Shown here in pieces: positions 9,440-18,753 of a DNA stretch of 64,000 nt. How positions within the stretch are numbered: position 1 is the first letter of the stretch; every line of letters begins with the position of its first letter. Made by a program: the position numbers and the translations under genes. Below the pieces are notes generated by a model. It made no database searches and had not been told where the DNA came from. It saw only the letters and a program-made list of their open reading frames with translations. Source of the DNA: Leptospiraceae bacterium. Its GTDB lineage: Bacteria; Spirochaetota; Leptospiria; Leptospirales; Leptospiraceae. The DNA lies in the NCBI GenBank assembly GCA_024233865.1, contig JACKPA010000012.1, positions 1 to 64,000 on the forward strand, written 5' to 3'.

Positions 9440-11370
9440 ATAAATTCTGTAGTCAATTGGTGGGGTTTCGATTAACCTCAAGCAAAGTATTTTTAAGTAT
9501 TCTTTTCATTTTAGGCAATTCCCTATTGGCTATAGAACCGATCATTTTGACAGAAAACAGAGGAGAATACCCTCTTGGATTGCATCTGGAAATTTTGGAA
9601 GACAAAGAGGGAACGCTAACAATAGATGATGTTCAAAAACCGAAGATGGAAAAGCTCTGGTTTAAAAGTCAATGGGAGGTCCCGAATTTCGGGCTTTCAA
9701 AAAATGTGTATTGGGCAAGGTTTAAAATCCAATCACAGTCCAAGAAAGATCATTATCTCGAAATAGCCTACCCGCCTATGGACAAAATTGATTTTTACAT
9801 ATTGTCAGAAGGTGAAAATATCATACATAAAAAAGCAGGCGACTTTTTACCATTTAAAGAGCGAGACGTTCAGTATCGAAATTATGTCTTTCGGATTGTG
9901 CCGAATGAAAATCCCAAAACCTACTACCTTAGATTTGAGACGGAAAGCCCTATGCAGTTTCCTTTAACTCTATGGACATCCGTCTCTCTCACTGAAAAAA
10001 TAAACGGAGAAATGCTCGGATTCGGACTCTATTATGGAACAATGCTGGTGATGATACTCTACAACCTTTTTCTGTTTTTATCGGTCAGAGATAAAAGCTA
10101 TCTTTATTATATTGGTTACATTGCATCTTTTTTATGTTATCTTGCCTCTGTGAATGGAATTGGTTTCGAATATTTGTGGCAAGACTATCCTTTTTTCAAT
10201 AGCATGATTCCATCAACTATCGCGGTAACTTTATTTTTTTCAACATTGTTTACTCAATCCTTTTTGCAGACAAGTATCCATGCCAAAACCATAAATAAGC
10301 TTCTAACGACAGTATCGGTTAGCTCCTTGATAATTGCCTTAGCATCTACAAAACTAAGTTATTCTCTAAGCATAAGAATCACGAGTACAATTGTGCTAAT
10401 ATTTGTTATTTTAGCCATTGTAAGCAGTGCTACCGTATTAAAAGCAGGATACCGCCCTGCTAGATATTTTTTATATGCATGGATTGTACTCTTATTTGGT
10501 GGTATTATCTTTACTTTAATGAATTTTGGAATACTTCCAAGAACTTTTTTAACAAATTATGGTATGCAATTCGGCTCTGCATTCGAAGTAATCCTCCTAT
10601 CTCTCGGTTTGGCAGACAGAATCAATGAATTAAAAAGACAAAATGAGTTAGCAAATATAAAGACACTGGAAGCGGAACAAAGATCGAATAAAGTAAAAGA
10701 TGAGTTTCTTGCCAATCTATCCCATGAAATAAAAACCCCTTTAACCATTGTTTACGCATACTCTGAAATGCTAACAACCGGTAAGGATTATTCCGATGAA
10801 GTGAAAGAATATTCCAAAGAGATTTACACACACGCCCAGAAATTAAATGATTACGTGAGTGATGTAATGTTTGTGACTGACTTGGAATCCAATTTGCAAT
10901 TACAAAGATCTACCGTTGACTTGGAAAAGTTGGTTGGATATGTAATCAAGCAACACCAATCTTTGGTAGAAGAAAAAGATGTTTTTATCGAATTGAACTT
11001 AGGTGAACATACAAACTTCCATTGCGATGAAATATTGTTGGAAAAAGCCTTATCCGCTATAATTAAAAATGCGATTGTATACAATAACCAAGGTGGGAAA
11101 ATACGAATTGAAAGTGAGATAACGTTATCTCACTTTCAACATTTGCAAATCACCATAACCGATACCGGAATTGGCATATCACTGGAATTTCATGAAAAGG
11201 TATTTGAAAAATTCTTTCGAGTGGATTCATCTTTAACGTATACGGTAAGCGGTGTGGGTGTCGGACTCTATATAGCAAAAAAGATAATCGAATTGCATAG
11301 CGGAAGTATTGAACTCCAAAGCGAATTGGAAAAAGGAACTAAGGTTAAAATTGTTTTACCAAGTATTTAG
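9436..11370 (+). CDS. Sensor histidine kinase with 7TMR-DISM extracellular and 7-TM domains
   Basis: Signal peptide plus extracytoplasmic domain, 7 transmembrane helices, H-box LSHEIKTPL, HATPase motifs (NAIVYNNQGG; DTGIGIS; GVGVGL). Confidence 0.8.
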   Translation: MNKFCSQLVGFRLTSSKVFLSILFILGNSLLAIEPIILTENRGEYPLGLHLEILEDKEGTLTIDDVQKPKMEKLWFKSQWEVPNFGLSKNVYWARFKIQSQSKKDHYLEIAYPPMDKIDFYILSEGENIIHKKAGDFLPFKERDVQYRNYVFRIVPNENPKTYYLRFETESPMQFPLTLWTSVSLTEKINGEMLGFGLYYGTMLVMILYNLFLFLSVRDKSYLYYIGYIASFLCYLASVNGIGFEYLWQDYPFFNSMIPSTIAVTLFFSTLFTQSFLQTSIHAKTINKLLTTVSVSSLIIALASTKLSYSLSIRITSTIVLIFVILAIVSSATVLKAGYRPARYFLYAWIVLLFGGIIFTLMNFGILPRTFLTNYGMQFGSAFEVILLSLGLADRINELKRQNELANIKTLEAEQRSNKVKDEFLANLSHEIKTPLTIVYAYSEMLTTGKDYSDEVKEYSKEIYTHAQKLNDYVSDVMFVTDLESNLQLQRSTVDLEKLVGYVIKQHQSLVEEKDVFIELNLGEHTNFHCDEILLEKALSAIIKNAIVYNNQGGKIRIESEITLSHFQHLQITITDTGIGISLEFHEKVFEKFFRVDSSLTYTVSGVGVGLYIAKKIIELHSGSIELQSELEKGTKVKIVLPSI

Positions 11371-11409
11371 CGTGAGTCTCCTTTAAGACAATCTAATTCC
11401 AAAATCAGA

Positions 11410-11431
11410 GGGTAAACACAGTGGTTTACCC
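11410..11431. terminator. Hairpin gggtaaac-acagtg-gtttaccc between convergent genes (candidate bidirectional terminator); near-identical copy at 46011-46032
   Basis: 8-bp perfect stem with a 6-nt loop, read directly in the sequence; it lies 40 bp after the histidine-kinase stop and 43 bp after the opposite-strand gene's end. Confidence 0.4.
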
Positions 11432-11473
11432 CTACAGTCCCGAAAAATATGACTCTTGTGGATACACGTGTCT

Positions 11474-13009
11474 CTAAGGCAAGATACCAAATTCCTTTTC
11501 TTCATCGTAACGAATCAAATATGTTTTGATTTCAATTCCATCTATGGTTTCCAAACTTTCTTTCACAAATTCGAGACTCACCATATTGTCCACAAATACC
11601 AAATAAATCCCTTCCGTTATCCCGGATCGCTTGCAATAATACGAAAGTTGAACTTTCCCTTTTTTGAAATTGGATGGACTGTAATACTTTTTTGACTCTA
11701 TGAGGTACTCATGCCCTTTCACGTTGATGATCAAATCCGTATTCCCCAATGAAACGTAAGCTTCTCTATAACTCCTTCCCTCTATTTCTTGCAAAAATAT
11801 ACTTATAAACGTCTCAAAGCTATAGATCATTGCTGCTTCCGGTATGGACTTAAACCTACCTTTTTTGTCTTTCTGCCTGTAAGGGCGAAATCCTCGAAGT
11901 TGTATATGGGATTTGTAGCTATCCATTAGTTTGTCAAAGTTGATTTTTCCGGTATCAGTCAAATAGGCTTCGGAAAGCATATTTTTGGCAATTCGCACAC
12001 CTTCACCATTCGTGTAAGGATAAAATGCATCATACAAACGTTTTCGATACAATGGAACCCAAAATTCAACATCAGCATTCTTCCCTTTCTTAATTAATCC
12101 GTTTACATGTAAGTCTTTTATCGCTGGTCTGTCTATTTTAAAAGAAATTGTTTTTTCAGAAAAAAGGATTGATTCTACGAATTTTCTATGCTTACTTGCA
12201 ACTTTCAGAATATTGGCTATGTTTTTATCAATTGCTTCCGTTAGATACCAGTCCTCTACTTTGAGATAGTCTTCGTAATCAATTCTTTCTTTGTTTGGAT
12301 TTGTTTCCACCAATCTCCTGGCAAACCCGTTCACAAGTCCTGGTTGATTTGCCGTTATCTCACTGATTTTAACTTTCACTTTCTTGTCAAATATTTGACC
12401 CGTTTCCGCTTCGTGCTGTTCGAGGAGTTCCTTTGTTTCTTCATTAGTGAAATAAGGAACGTCCAACTCGTCAGCGATATTAAAAGGACTTGCATTGTCT
12501 TGGATAATACCCGCTATATTGGATACGCCTACCAGGATTACACTCTTCAAACAGTGGCTGTTACGAGAATGATAAAGGTTACGAATCGTATGCAAGAATT
12601 GGTTGAAAAGGTCAGGGTTTAGCCCTTCGATTTCATCACAGATAAAAACGTACTTTTGGTCTTGAATGGCTCGAATTTCATCAAATAATTCTACAAAAGT
12701 TTTTGAAAATATTTCTCTTTGCCAGAAATTCAAAAAATCCATTTTTAAAGAGTTGAACAATTCCAATTCCCTAGCCGCTTTAAAATTCTCGAAATTGATG
12801 TGGGCGACCTTATAGTCTTCCTTTTCCAGTTCTATTGCTAAAAATCGAAAGTAGGTGCTTTTTCCCGTTTGTCTTGGTGCCCAGATCGTAAAATACCTGC
12901 TTTTGTATACAAGGTCTTTTCCTTTGGCGACTAAATCCAGCCGATCTAAGGTATAGTGTTCTTTGGGAATATTAGGTCCTGATGTGTTAAAGTAGCGCTT
13001 TCCTTTCAT
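11474..13009 (-). CDS. AAA-ATPase-like protein with a C-terminal PD-(D/E)XK nuclease-like domain
   Basis: P-loop WAPRQTGKSTYF and Walker B-like VFICDEIEGL in the N-terminal ~300 aa; the C-terminal GNTDLIINVKGHEYLIESKKY matches a D...E.K nuclease core; 511 aa, typical of the 'predicted AAA-ATPase + PDDEXK' architecture. Confidence 0.55.
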   Translation of the reverse strand: MKGKRYFNTSGPNIPKEHYTLDRLDLVAKGKDLVYKSRYFTIWAPRQTGKSTYFRFLAIELEKEDYKVAHINFENFKAARELELFNSLKMDFLNFWQREIFSKTFVELFDEIRAIQDQKYVFICDEIEGLNPDLFNQFLHTIRNLYHSRNSHCLKSVILVGVSNIAGIIQDNASPFNIADELDVPYFTNEETKELLEQHEAETGQIFDKKVKVKISEITANQPGLVNGFARRLVETNPNKERIDYEDYLKVEDWYLTEAIDKNIANILKVASKHRKFVESILFSEKTISFKIDRPAIKDLHVNGLIKKGKNADVEFWVPLYRKRLYDAFYPYTNGEGVRIAKNMLSEAYLTDTGKINFDKLMDSYKSHIQLRGFRPYRQKDKKGRFKSIPEAAMIYSFETFISIFLQEIEGRSYREAYVSLGNTDLIINVKGHEYLIESKKYYSPSNFKKGKVQLSYYCKRSGITEGIYLVFVDNMVSLEFVKESLETIDGIEIKTYLIRYDEEKEFGILP

Positions 13010-13188
13010 GGTGGTTTTAGTTTGGCTTTTACCGAATATTTGTAAATGAATTTTTAATTTGGGTCTTTGTTAGATGATTTATTTTTTTACCATGGGTAGA
13101 TATAAAAAAAATATTCTTGAAAAACATAAACCAAAGACGATAAAGGGTGTATTGGGTAAAATTGTTTTACCGATGTTAGATAAATAGA

Positions 13189-16164
13189 ATGAAGATCAGA
13201 GATAAATTATTTCTTAGTAACACCATTTTTTTATTTATTGTTCTTTTTAGTGGGAGCATATTGTATTTTTCGATTAAGAGTATTGTCCGGAATTATATCA
13301 ATTCGGAAATGGAAAACATAACCAATAATTCGGTAAAAATTGTAAAATCAGCAATCAACAGCTCAATAAAAAATCACCTTCAATCTGTCGCGAGCAAATC
13401 CAAAGAAATAACAAACTATTATTACAATGGATTCAAACAAGGAAGAATGTCGGAAAAGGATGCCTTTCAAAAGGTCAAAAATATATTTTTGGATCCTGTG
13501 TATAATAAAATAGGTACCAGTGGTTATCTGTGCGGTGTTTCCGGTAAAGGAATTTTAGTTATCCATCCAAAGGCAGAAGGAATGGACGCGAGTAAACTTG
13601 AATCCATAAAAAAAGCAATATCTATGAAAACGGGTTATTTGGAGTATATGTGGAAAAATCCCGGTGAAGAAAAGGAACGTTTAAAGGCGGGAGGATTGGA
13701 CTATTTTGAACCCTGGGATTTAATTGTTTGGGCTTCTTCGTATAAAGAAGAATTTAATTTGTTAGTAAATCCGGATGATTTTCGAGAAGAAATTTTATCC
13801 ATAAAAATTCAAAAAAGTGGTTATGTATATATTTTGGATAGTACCGGCAAGGCAATTATACATCCCTTTTTACAGGGACAAAACCTATACAATGTGAAAA
13901 GCTCCAAAGGTGTTTTTTTTATCAGGGAGATGTTAAAACAAAAAAACGGAAAAATATCCTATGCTTGGCAGAATTCCAATGAAACAAGCTTGAGAGATAA
14001 AACCGCTTATTTTCAATACATCCCTGAAATTGATTGGTTGCTTGTTGCAGTTAGTTATGATGATGAAATGTATAAAAGCCTAAATATTATCAAAGCTATT
14101 ATTATAATGACGATCTTGATTACTTCCGTATTAACCGTATTAATTTCCATAAAAACAAGCTCTATGCTTAGTAAACCTATTCAAATTTTAATGAAGTCCA
14201 TCCATGAGATGAAAAGTGGAAATGGACGCATCGCCAAACTAGAAACTAAGGATGAAATCGGAGAACTCGCTACAAAATTCAGTGAACTGACAACTAAAAT
14301 TCAGAATGCGAACCAAGAGTTAAACAGACAAAACGAAATTATGAAAAATATGAATTCGGTATCCAGCCTCACGGATGTCATGACTTTTATCATGTATCAC
14401 ATAGAAACGGAATATGGACTCAAGGATTTTTGGTTTGTAGTAAAAGATGAAACTTCCAACAGTTTAAAAACCTTTTGTTATGTAACACCGAATATGGAAC
14501 AAAACGATTCGGAATTCTTTCAAAATTTCAATCTATCCGTAGAGGAAGATAGCCTATTGTGTGTCACTTATAAAAACCAGAAGATGCTCTATATGCCTAT
14601 AGAGGAAAGTATGAGTCTATCTGATATTGATAAAAAGATAGTCCAAGAAGGAAAATTTTCATTTTTTTTGCAAGTCCCATTTGTAGTTTATGAAAAAACA
14701 ATTGGAATTTTGGTTATGCACAAAAAATCCGAAGAGAGAATTTCAGAAGAACTATTGACAAAATTAACTACGTTTTCAGACCAGGTGGCTGGATCCGTTT
14801 CCAATTCAAAACTATTCAAAGAAGTAGAGGTTGCAAAAGAAGAAGCAGAGAAAGCGAGAGAGCTATCTGAAAAAACAAAAGTAGAAATTGAAATCTTAAA
14901 TGAAATATCCAAAAAAGTGAACTCGACCAATGATATAAATGAGATATTGGAAACCCTATTTTCCTTTATGATGGCGTTTTTTGGAATAGATAAATTTTGG
15001 TTGTTGCTAGTAGATACACAGAGAAATGAGCTTGTTACGTATACTACGGAAAATTTTGAAGAGTTAGGGATGGATGCTATTCAATTTTTTAGCCAATTCA
15101 GGCATCCTTTAAATACAGAACTTGGTTTTTTATATTCAACCTACCGAAAGAAAAAACCATTTTATATAAAGGATTTACGTAGATTCTTTCCCAAATTAAG
15201 CGAAATGAATAAGAAAATAGCCCAAACATCTAGAATATTATCCTACATCCAGATTCCTTTGATTTTGCAAGACGAGGTAATTGGAATTTTATTAATGGCT
15301 AGGAATAATAAAGAACTGAGTTTATCCAAATTAGATATCACTAAAATTGATAGATTCTGCCAACAAATTTCGGGAGCAATCTATAACTCTAATTTATTAA
15401 AAGAAACAATAGAAGCAAAACTTGAATCGGAAAATCTTTTACATAATATTCTGCCTCCCAAAGTAGCTGAGGAATTAAAAGAGAAAGGTGAAGTTCAACC
15501 CGTTCATTATGAATCCGTTAGTGTGATGTTTACAGACTTCAAAGGTTTTACCAAGGTCGCAGAGAGTATGAGTGTTCAGGATTTGGTCAAGGAATTGGAT
15601 GGATGTTTCTTTCAATTTGATGAAATTGCTCAACGTTATAATATGGAAAAGATAAAAACCATAGGGGATTCGTATATGTGTGCCGGGGGATTACCGGAAG
15701 TAAACCATACCCATGTTATTGACGTTTGCTTGGCAGCTCTTGAAATTCAAGGACTTATGAACCAGATGAAAGTAATCAAAGAGATGATGGGCTTGCCATT
15801 TTGGGAGCTTCGACTTGGGATTCATACCGGTTCTGTGATTGCCGGAGTGGTTGGAAAGAAAAAGTTTGCTTATGATATTTGGGGAGATACAGTAAATACG
15901 GCATCACGGATGGAGTCTAGTGGTGAACCAGGAAGGATCAATATTTCGGGTAGTGTTTATAAAAAGATCAAGTACTTCTTTGAATGTGAATATAGGGGAA
16001 AAGTAAAGGCAAAAAACAAAGGCGAGATTGATATGTATTTTCTGCATCGTTTAAAAAAGAAATATGCAAAAGACGAAGAAGGAAGAGTACCAAATGATGA
16101 ATTTAGTGAGATTTATGATAAGATAAAAAGAGGTGGAAAGGTGGTAGGTAAAGAGGAAAAATAA
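13189..16164 (+). CDS. Class III adenylate/guanylate cyclase with Cache, HAMP and GAF sensor domains
   Basis: Transmembrane-Cache-transmembrane-HAMP N-terminus and two GAF-like regions; the cyclase core VMFTDFKGFT...IKTIGDSYMCAGGLP...GIHTGSVIAGVVG...WGDTVNTASRMES. Confidence 0.85.
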   Translation: MKIRDKLFLSNTIFLFIVLFSGSILYFSIKSIVRNYINSEMENITNNSVKIVKSAINSSIKNHLQSVASKSKEITNYYYNGFKQGRMSEKDAFQKVKNIFLDPVYNKIGTSGYLCGVSGKGILVIHPKAEGMDASKLESIKKAISMKTGYLEYMWKNPGEEKERLKAGGLDYFEPWDLIVWASSYKEEFNLLVNPDDFREEILSIKIQKSGYVYILDSTGKAIIHPFLQGQNLYNVKSSKGVFFIREMLKQKNGKISYAWQNSNETSLRDKTAYFQYIPEIDWLLVAVSYDDEMYKSLNIIKAIIIMTILITSVLTVLISIKTSSMLSKPIQILMKSIHEMKSGNGRIAKLETKDEIGELATKFSELTTKIQNANQELNRQNEIMKNMNSVSSLTDVMTFIMYHIETEYGLKDFWFVVKDETSNSLKTFCYVTPNMEQNDSEFFQNFNLSVEEDSLLCVTYKNQKMLYMPIEESMSLSDIDKKIVQEGKFSFFLQVPFVVYEKTIGILVMHKKSEERISEELLTKLTTFSDQVAGSVSNSKLFKEVEVAKEEAEKARELSEKTKVEIEILNEISKKVNSTNDINEILETLFSFMMAFFGIDKFWLLLVDTQRNELVTYTTENFEELGMDAIQFFSQFRHPLNTELGFLYSTYRKKKPFYIKDLRRFFPKLSEMNKKIAQTSRILSYIQIPLILQDEVIGILLMARNNKELSLSKLDITKIDRFCQQISGAIYNSNLLKETIEAKLESENLLHNILPPKVAEELKEKGEVQPVHYESVSVMFTDFKGFTKVAESMSVQDLVKELDGCFFQFDEIAQRYNMEKIKTIGDSYMCAGGLPEVNHTHVIDVCLAALEIQGLMNQMKVIKEMMGLPFWELRLGIHTGSVIAGVVGKKKFAYDIWGDTVNTASRMESSGEPGRINISGSVYKKIKYFFECEYRGKVKAKNKGEIDMYFLHRLKKKYAKDEEGRVPNDEFSEIYDKIKRGGKVVGKEEK

Positions 16165-16177
16165 AATAATAGACTTG

Positions 16178-16290
16178 CTGGGACTGTGTAAAAAGCCGGT
16201 TTTTTGCTCCCTTCGACTGCGATCAGGGAGCGTTTGGAGGATTTTCGGACATTGAGCGTAGTCGAAATATCCCTTTTTACACAGCCTCAG
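16178..16290. repeat. REP-like palindromic intergenic element (copy A)
   Basis: Outer 12-bp inverted repeat actgtgtaaaaag/ctttttacacag; inner arms cccttcgactgcgatcagggagcg and ttttcggacattgagcgtagtcgaaat are mutually complementary and ~85% identical to the element at 19658-19735. Confidence 0.6.
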
Positions 16291-16318
16291 TGTCATGGTA
16301 AGCCTATTTGAACCCGTT

Positions 16319-17479
16319 TTAAGCCAGTATATCGTTTAAAAATTTAAACCATATAAACGTTCCGATACTACTTCCAAGCTGTGGAAGCATAAACACCAAA
16401 AAGATTCGAATCACCCTGTTTTTCCAATAACCCGTAAAGTGTTCCGAATCTTCGGCAATTCTTTCAAAGTCTTCTACCAGAGGTTTCCGTAGCCAAGATT
16501 CAACCAGTGCAGCGACCCAACCCGGTTTCAAAATCGGATTAAAGTTACCCAAAGGTGCAATTACAAATGACAACACAATCGACAAAGGATGAGCAAGTGC
16601 AATCAATGCTCCGAGAGCTGCCAGTGCCCCTTTGACCAGAATCCAAGCCCAGATAGCTTCTACGGTAGCCGTTTCTCCGCCTTTTATATAGGTGTATGCC
16701 AATAAAGCAAGTAATATAATAGGAAAAATTAACCAAGATAGCTTTTGTCCAAGAGTTTTAGGAGGAATTTTGTTCAAAACATCCAAATCATTCTCTTTTC
16801 CTATCTGTTCCATTATACCAGAGAGATGACCAGCACCTACTACGGCAAATAATTTCTGAGAATCTTTGGCAGAATTTTTTATATTTTGAGCTAAATATAT
16901 ATCTCTTTCATCAATAATAACGTTTTTGATTTGATCATATCGACTTGGTAATTGAGAAAACAGATCTTTTAAAACGTCTTCACTCTTCATTTCCTCGATT
17001 TTTTCTTCCGAAACGTCTTCTTTTACCAACAAAGACGCTATCAATGCAGACAAAAGATACATCTTGGAAAAAAAGCCTACACTTCCCCAAGACCTTTTTA
17101 GAGTAGTTTGGATTTCCCTATCTATAGGAATAACTTTTGAACCGGCATCTTCTCCGCATTTGATTGCCTTTCTCATTTCATCGCCAGGCTTTACATCTCC
17201 TTTCCCTAATTTTTTTTGAAAAGAAGATAAAATCAAATTAGAAAGCAGCAGATACATTTTTCTCTCTTTGAACACCTTAAAAATATCCAATTTTTTCCAG
17301 TGTTCAGGGTCTTTTACCGCTTTCATTCTTGTTTCACAAAGTTCAACACAAACAGTATCCGGTTTTTCATCTTGAATAATTTTTTCAACGGTATCGACGC
17401 TCTGTTTACTTATGTGAGCTGTCCCTAATATGATGACATCACAATTGCCTATTTTTAATTTCCTAATGGGTTCTTCCAT
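16319..17479 (-). CDS. TraB/GumN-family protein (membrane-associated C-terminus)
   Basis: The N-terminal GNCDVIILGTAHISKQSVDTVEKII...DTVCVELCETR matches the TraB/PrgY/GumN signature; C-terminal hydrophobic helices; starts 1 bp after the meaB stop. Confidence 0.65.
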   Translation of the reverse strand: MEEPIRKLKIGNCDVIILGTAHISKQSVDTVEKIIQDEKPDTVCVELCETRMKAVKDPEHWKKLDIFKVFKERKMYLLLSNLILSSFQKKLGKGDVKPGDEMRKAIKCGEDAGSKVIPIDREIQTTLKRSWGSVGFFSKMYLLSALIASLLVKEDVSEEKIEEMKSEDVLKDLFSQLPSRYDQIKNVIIDERDIYLAQNIKNSAKDSQKLFAVVGAGHLSGIMEQIGKENDLDVLNKIPPKTLGQKLSWLIFPIILLALLAYTYIKGGETATVEAIWAWILVKGALAALGALIALAHPLSIVLSFVIAPLGNFNPILKPGWVAALVESWLRKPLVEDFERIAEDSEHFTGYWKNRVIRIFLVFMLPQLGSSIGTFIWFKFLNDILA

Positions 17480-17480
17480 T

Positions 17481-18596
17481 CTAACTCCCTAATTTGTTTG
17501 TGCTCTGGTAGTTATACAAAGCCAATAATTCATACGCAGCTTGAAAAGACGTATGTTTTCCTAAAAATACGCTTTTCTCCATTTCCGGTATTTTACTCTT
17601 GATTTGAGGATTGTTGTAAAAGTTCGACTTCAGGCTTTCTTCAATGGTTTGGTGCATCCAATATTTCGATTGTTCTAAACGCTTTTTTTCAAAGTATCTG
17701 TTATTTTTCACTAGCTCAGAATAAGACAAGATCAAATTCCAAATTTCCTGAATGCCATCCCCTGTCACAGCGGAACAAATTTCTACTCCTGGAATCCATC
17801 CGGATTCGGTAGGTGGGAAAAGGTGTAGAGCTGCGATATAGTCGGATTTTGCCAGATTTGCACTGTTTATGTTAGTTCCATCTGCTTTTGTGATGGCAAT
17901 TAAATCCGCCATTTCCATAATTCCTCTTTTGATCCCTTGTAGCTCGTCTCCGGCTCCGGCAAGCATCAAGAGTAAAAAAAAGTCAACCATGGAATGTACG
18001 GCTATTTCCGATTGTCCTACTCCTACAGTTTCCACAAAAATTGTGTCAAATCCAGCTGCTTCACACAAAACGATGGTTTCTCTTGTTTTTCTGGCAACTC
18101 CTCCTAAAGAATTTCCAGCCGGAGAAGGGCGAATAAAAACGTTCTCATCTTTGGAAATTTCTTCCATCCTTGTTTTGTCTCCCAAAATACTTCCTTTGGA
18201 CAACTGGCTGGTCGGATCGATTGCTAAAACACACAATTTTCGTTTTTGACCTACCATAAATTTTCCAAGGGTCTCAATAAAGGAACTTTTTCCTACCCCA
18301 GGAACACCGGTAATCCCAATACGCATTGACTTGCCGGAATAAGGTAAACAAAGTCCGATTATTTTTTGGGCAATATCCGTATGATCAGGATGAGTACTTT
18401 CGATAAGCGTTATAGCTTGGCTCAGGATAACACGATTTCCTGCAAGGATTCCTTCTTCGTATTCTTCCGGAGCAAGCTTACGCTTTCTTTTGTAAGAAGC
18501 TGCAAATTTTGAGTTAATCGCTTCCGGTTGTGCAACTCCAGGTTGCACAAATAATGCAGATTCCTTGCCTTCGCTCATACAAAAACCTTTATCCAA
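17481..18596 (-). CDS. meaB: Methylmalonyl-CoA mutase-associated GTPase MeaB/ArgK-like (G3E family)
   Basis: GITGVPGVGKSSFIETLG P-loop, CEAAGFDTIFVETVGVGQSE switch region, and the NKAD-type motif ITKAD. Confidence 0.85.
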   Translation of the reverse strand: MDKGFCMSEGKESALFVQPGVAQPEAINSKFAASYKRKRKLAPEEYEEGILAGNRVILSQAITLIESTHPDHTDIAQKIIGLCLPYSGKSMRIGITGVPGVGKSSFIETLGKFMVGQKRKLCVLAIDPTSQLSKGSILGDKTRMEEISKDENVFIRPSPAGNSLGGVARKTRETIVLCEAAGFDTIFVETVGVGQSEIAVHSMVDFFLLLMLAGAGDELQGIKRGIMEMADLIAITKADGTNINSANLAKSDYIAALHLFPPTESGWIPGVEICSAVTGDGIQEIWNLILSYSELVKNNRYFEKKRLEQSKYWMHQTIEESLKSNFYNNPQIKSKIPEMEKSVFLGKHTSFQAAYELLALYNYQSTNKLGS

Positions 18597-18680
18597 AACT
18601 ATCGTTTTTTTTCAATGGTGTGGATATAGGTCTTAAATTCAATACAATTATCCCGGTTTTATAAGTAGTAAGGCATAAAT

Positions 18681-18737
18681 TTTGAAAAAAGTACCACAGT
18701 CATCTTGGCTGTGATTACAGGCTAGACGACCTGTAAT
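18681..18737 (-). terminator. Rho-independent terminator for the HAD-family gene (two hairpins followed by a U-tract on the minus strand)
   Basis: 8-bp stem attacagg/cctgtaat (18714-18737), 5-bp stem cacag/ctgtg (18695-18713), then TTTTTTCAAAAT on the minus strand (18681-18690). Confidence 0.5.
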
Positions 18738-18753
18738 ACTTTACAATTTCTTT

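Noticed and set aside
16051-16296. 81-aa ORF on the minus strand overlapping the cyclase 3' end and the REP-like element
   Set aside because: It is antisense to a well-supported CDS and spans a palindromic repeat; low-complexity translation; spurious.
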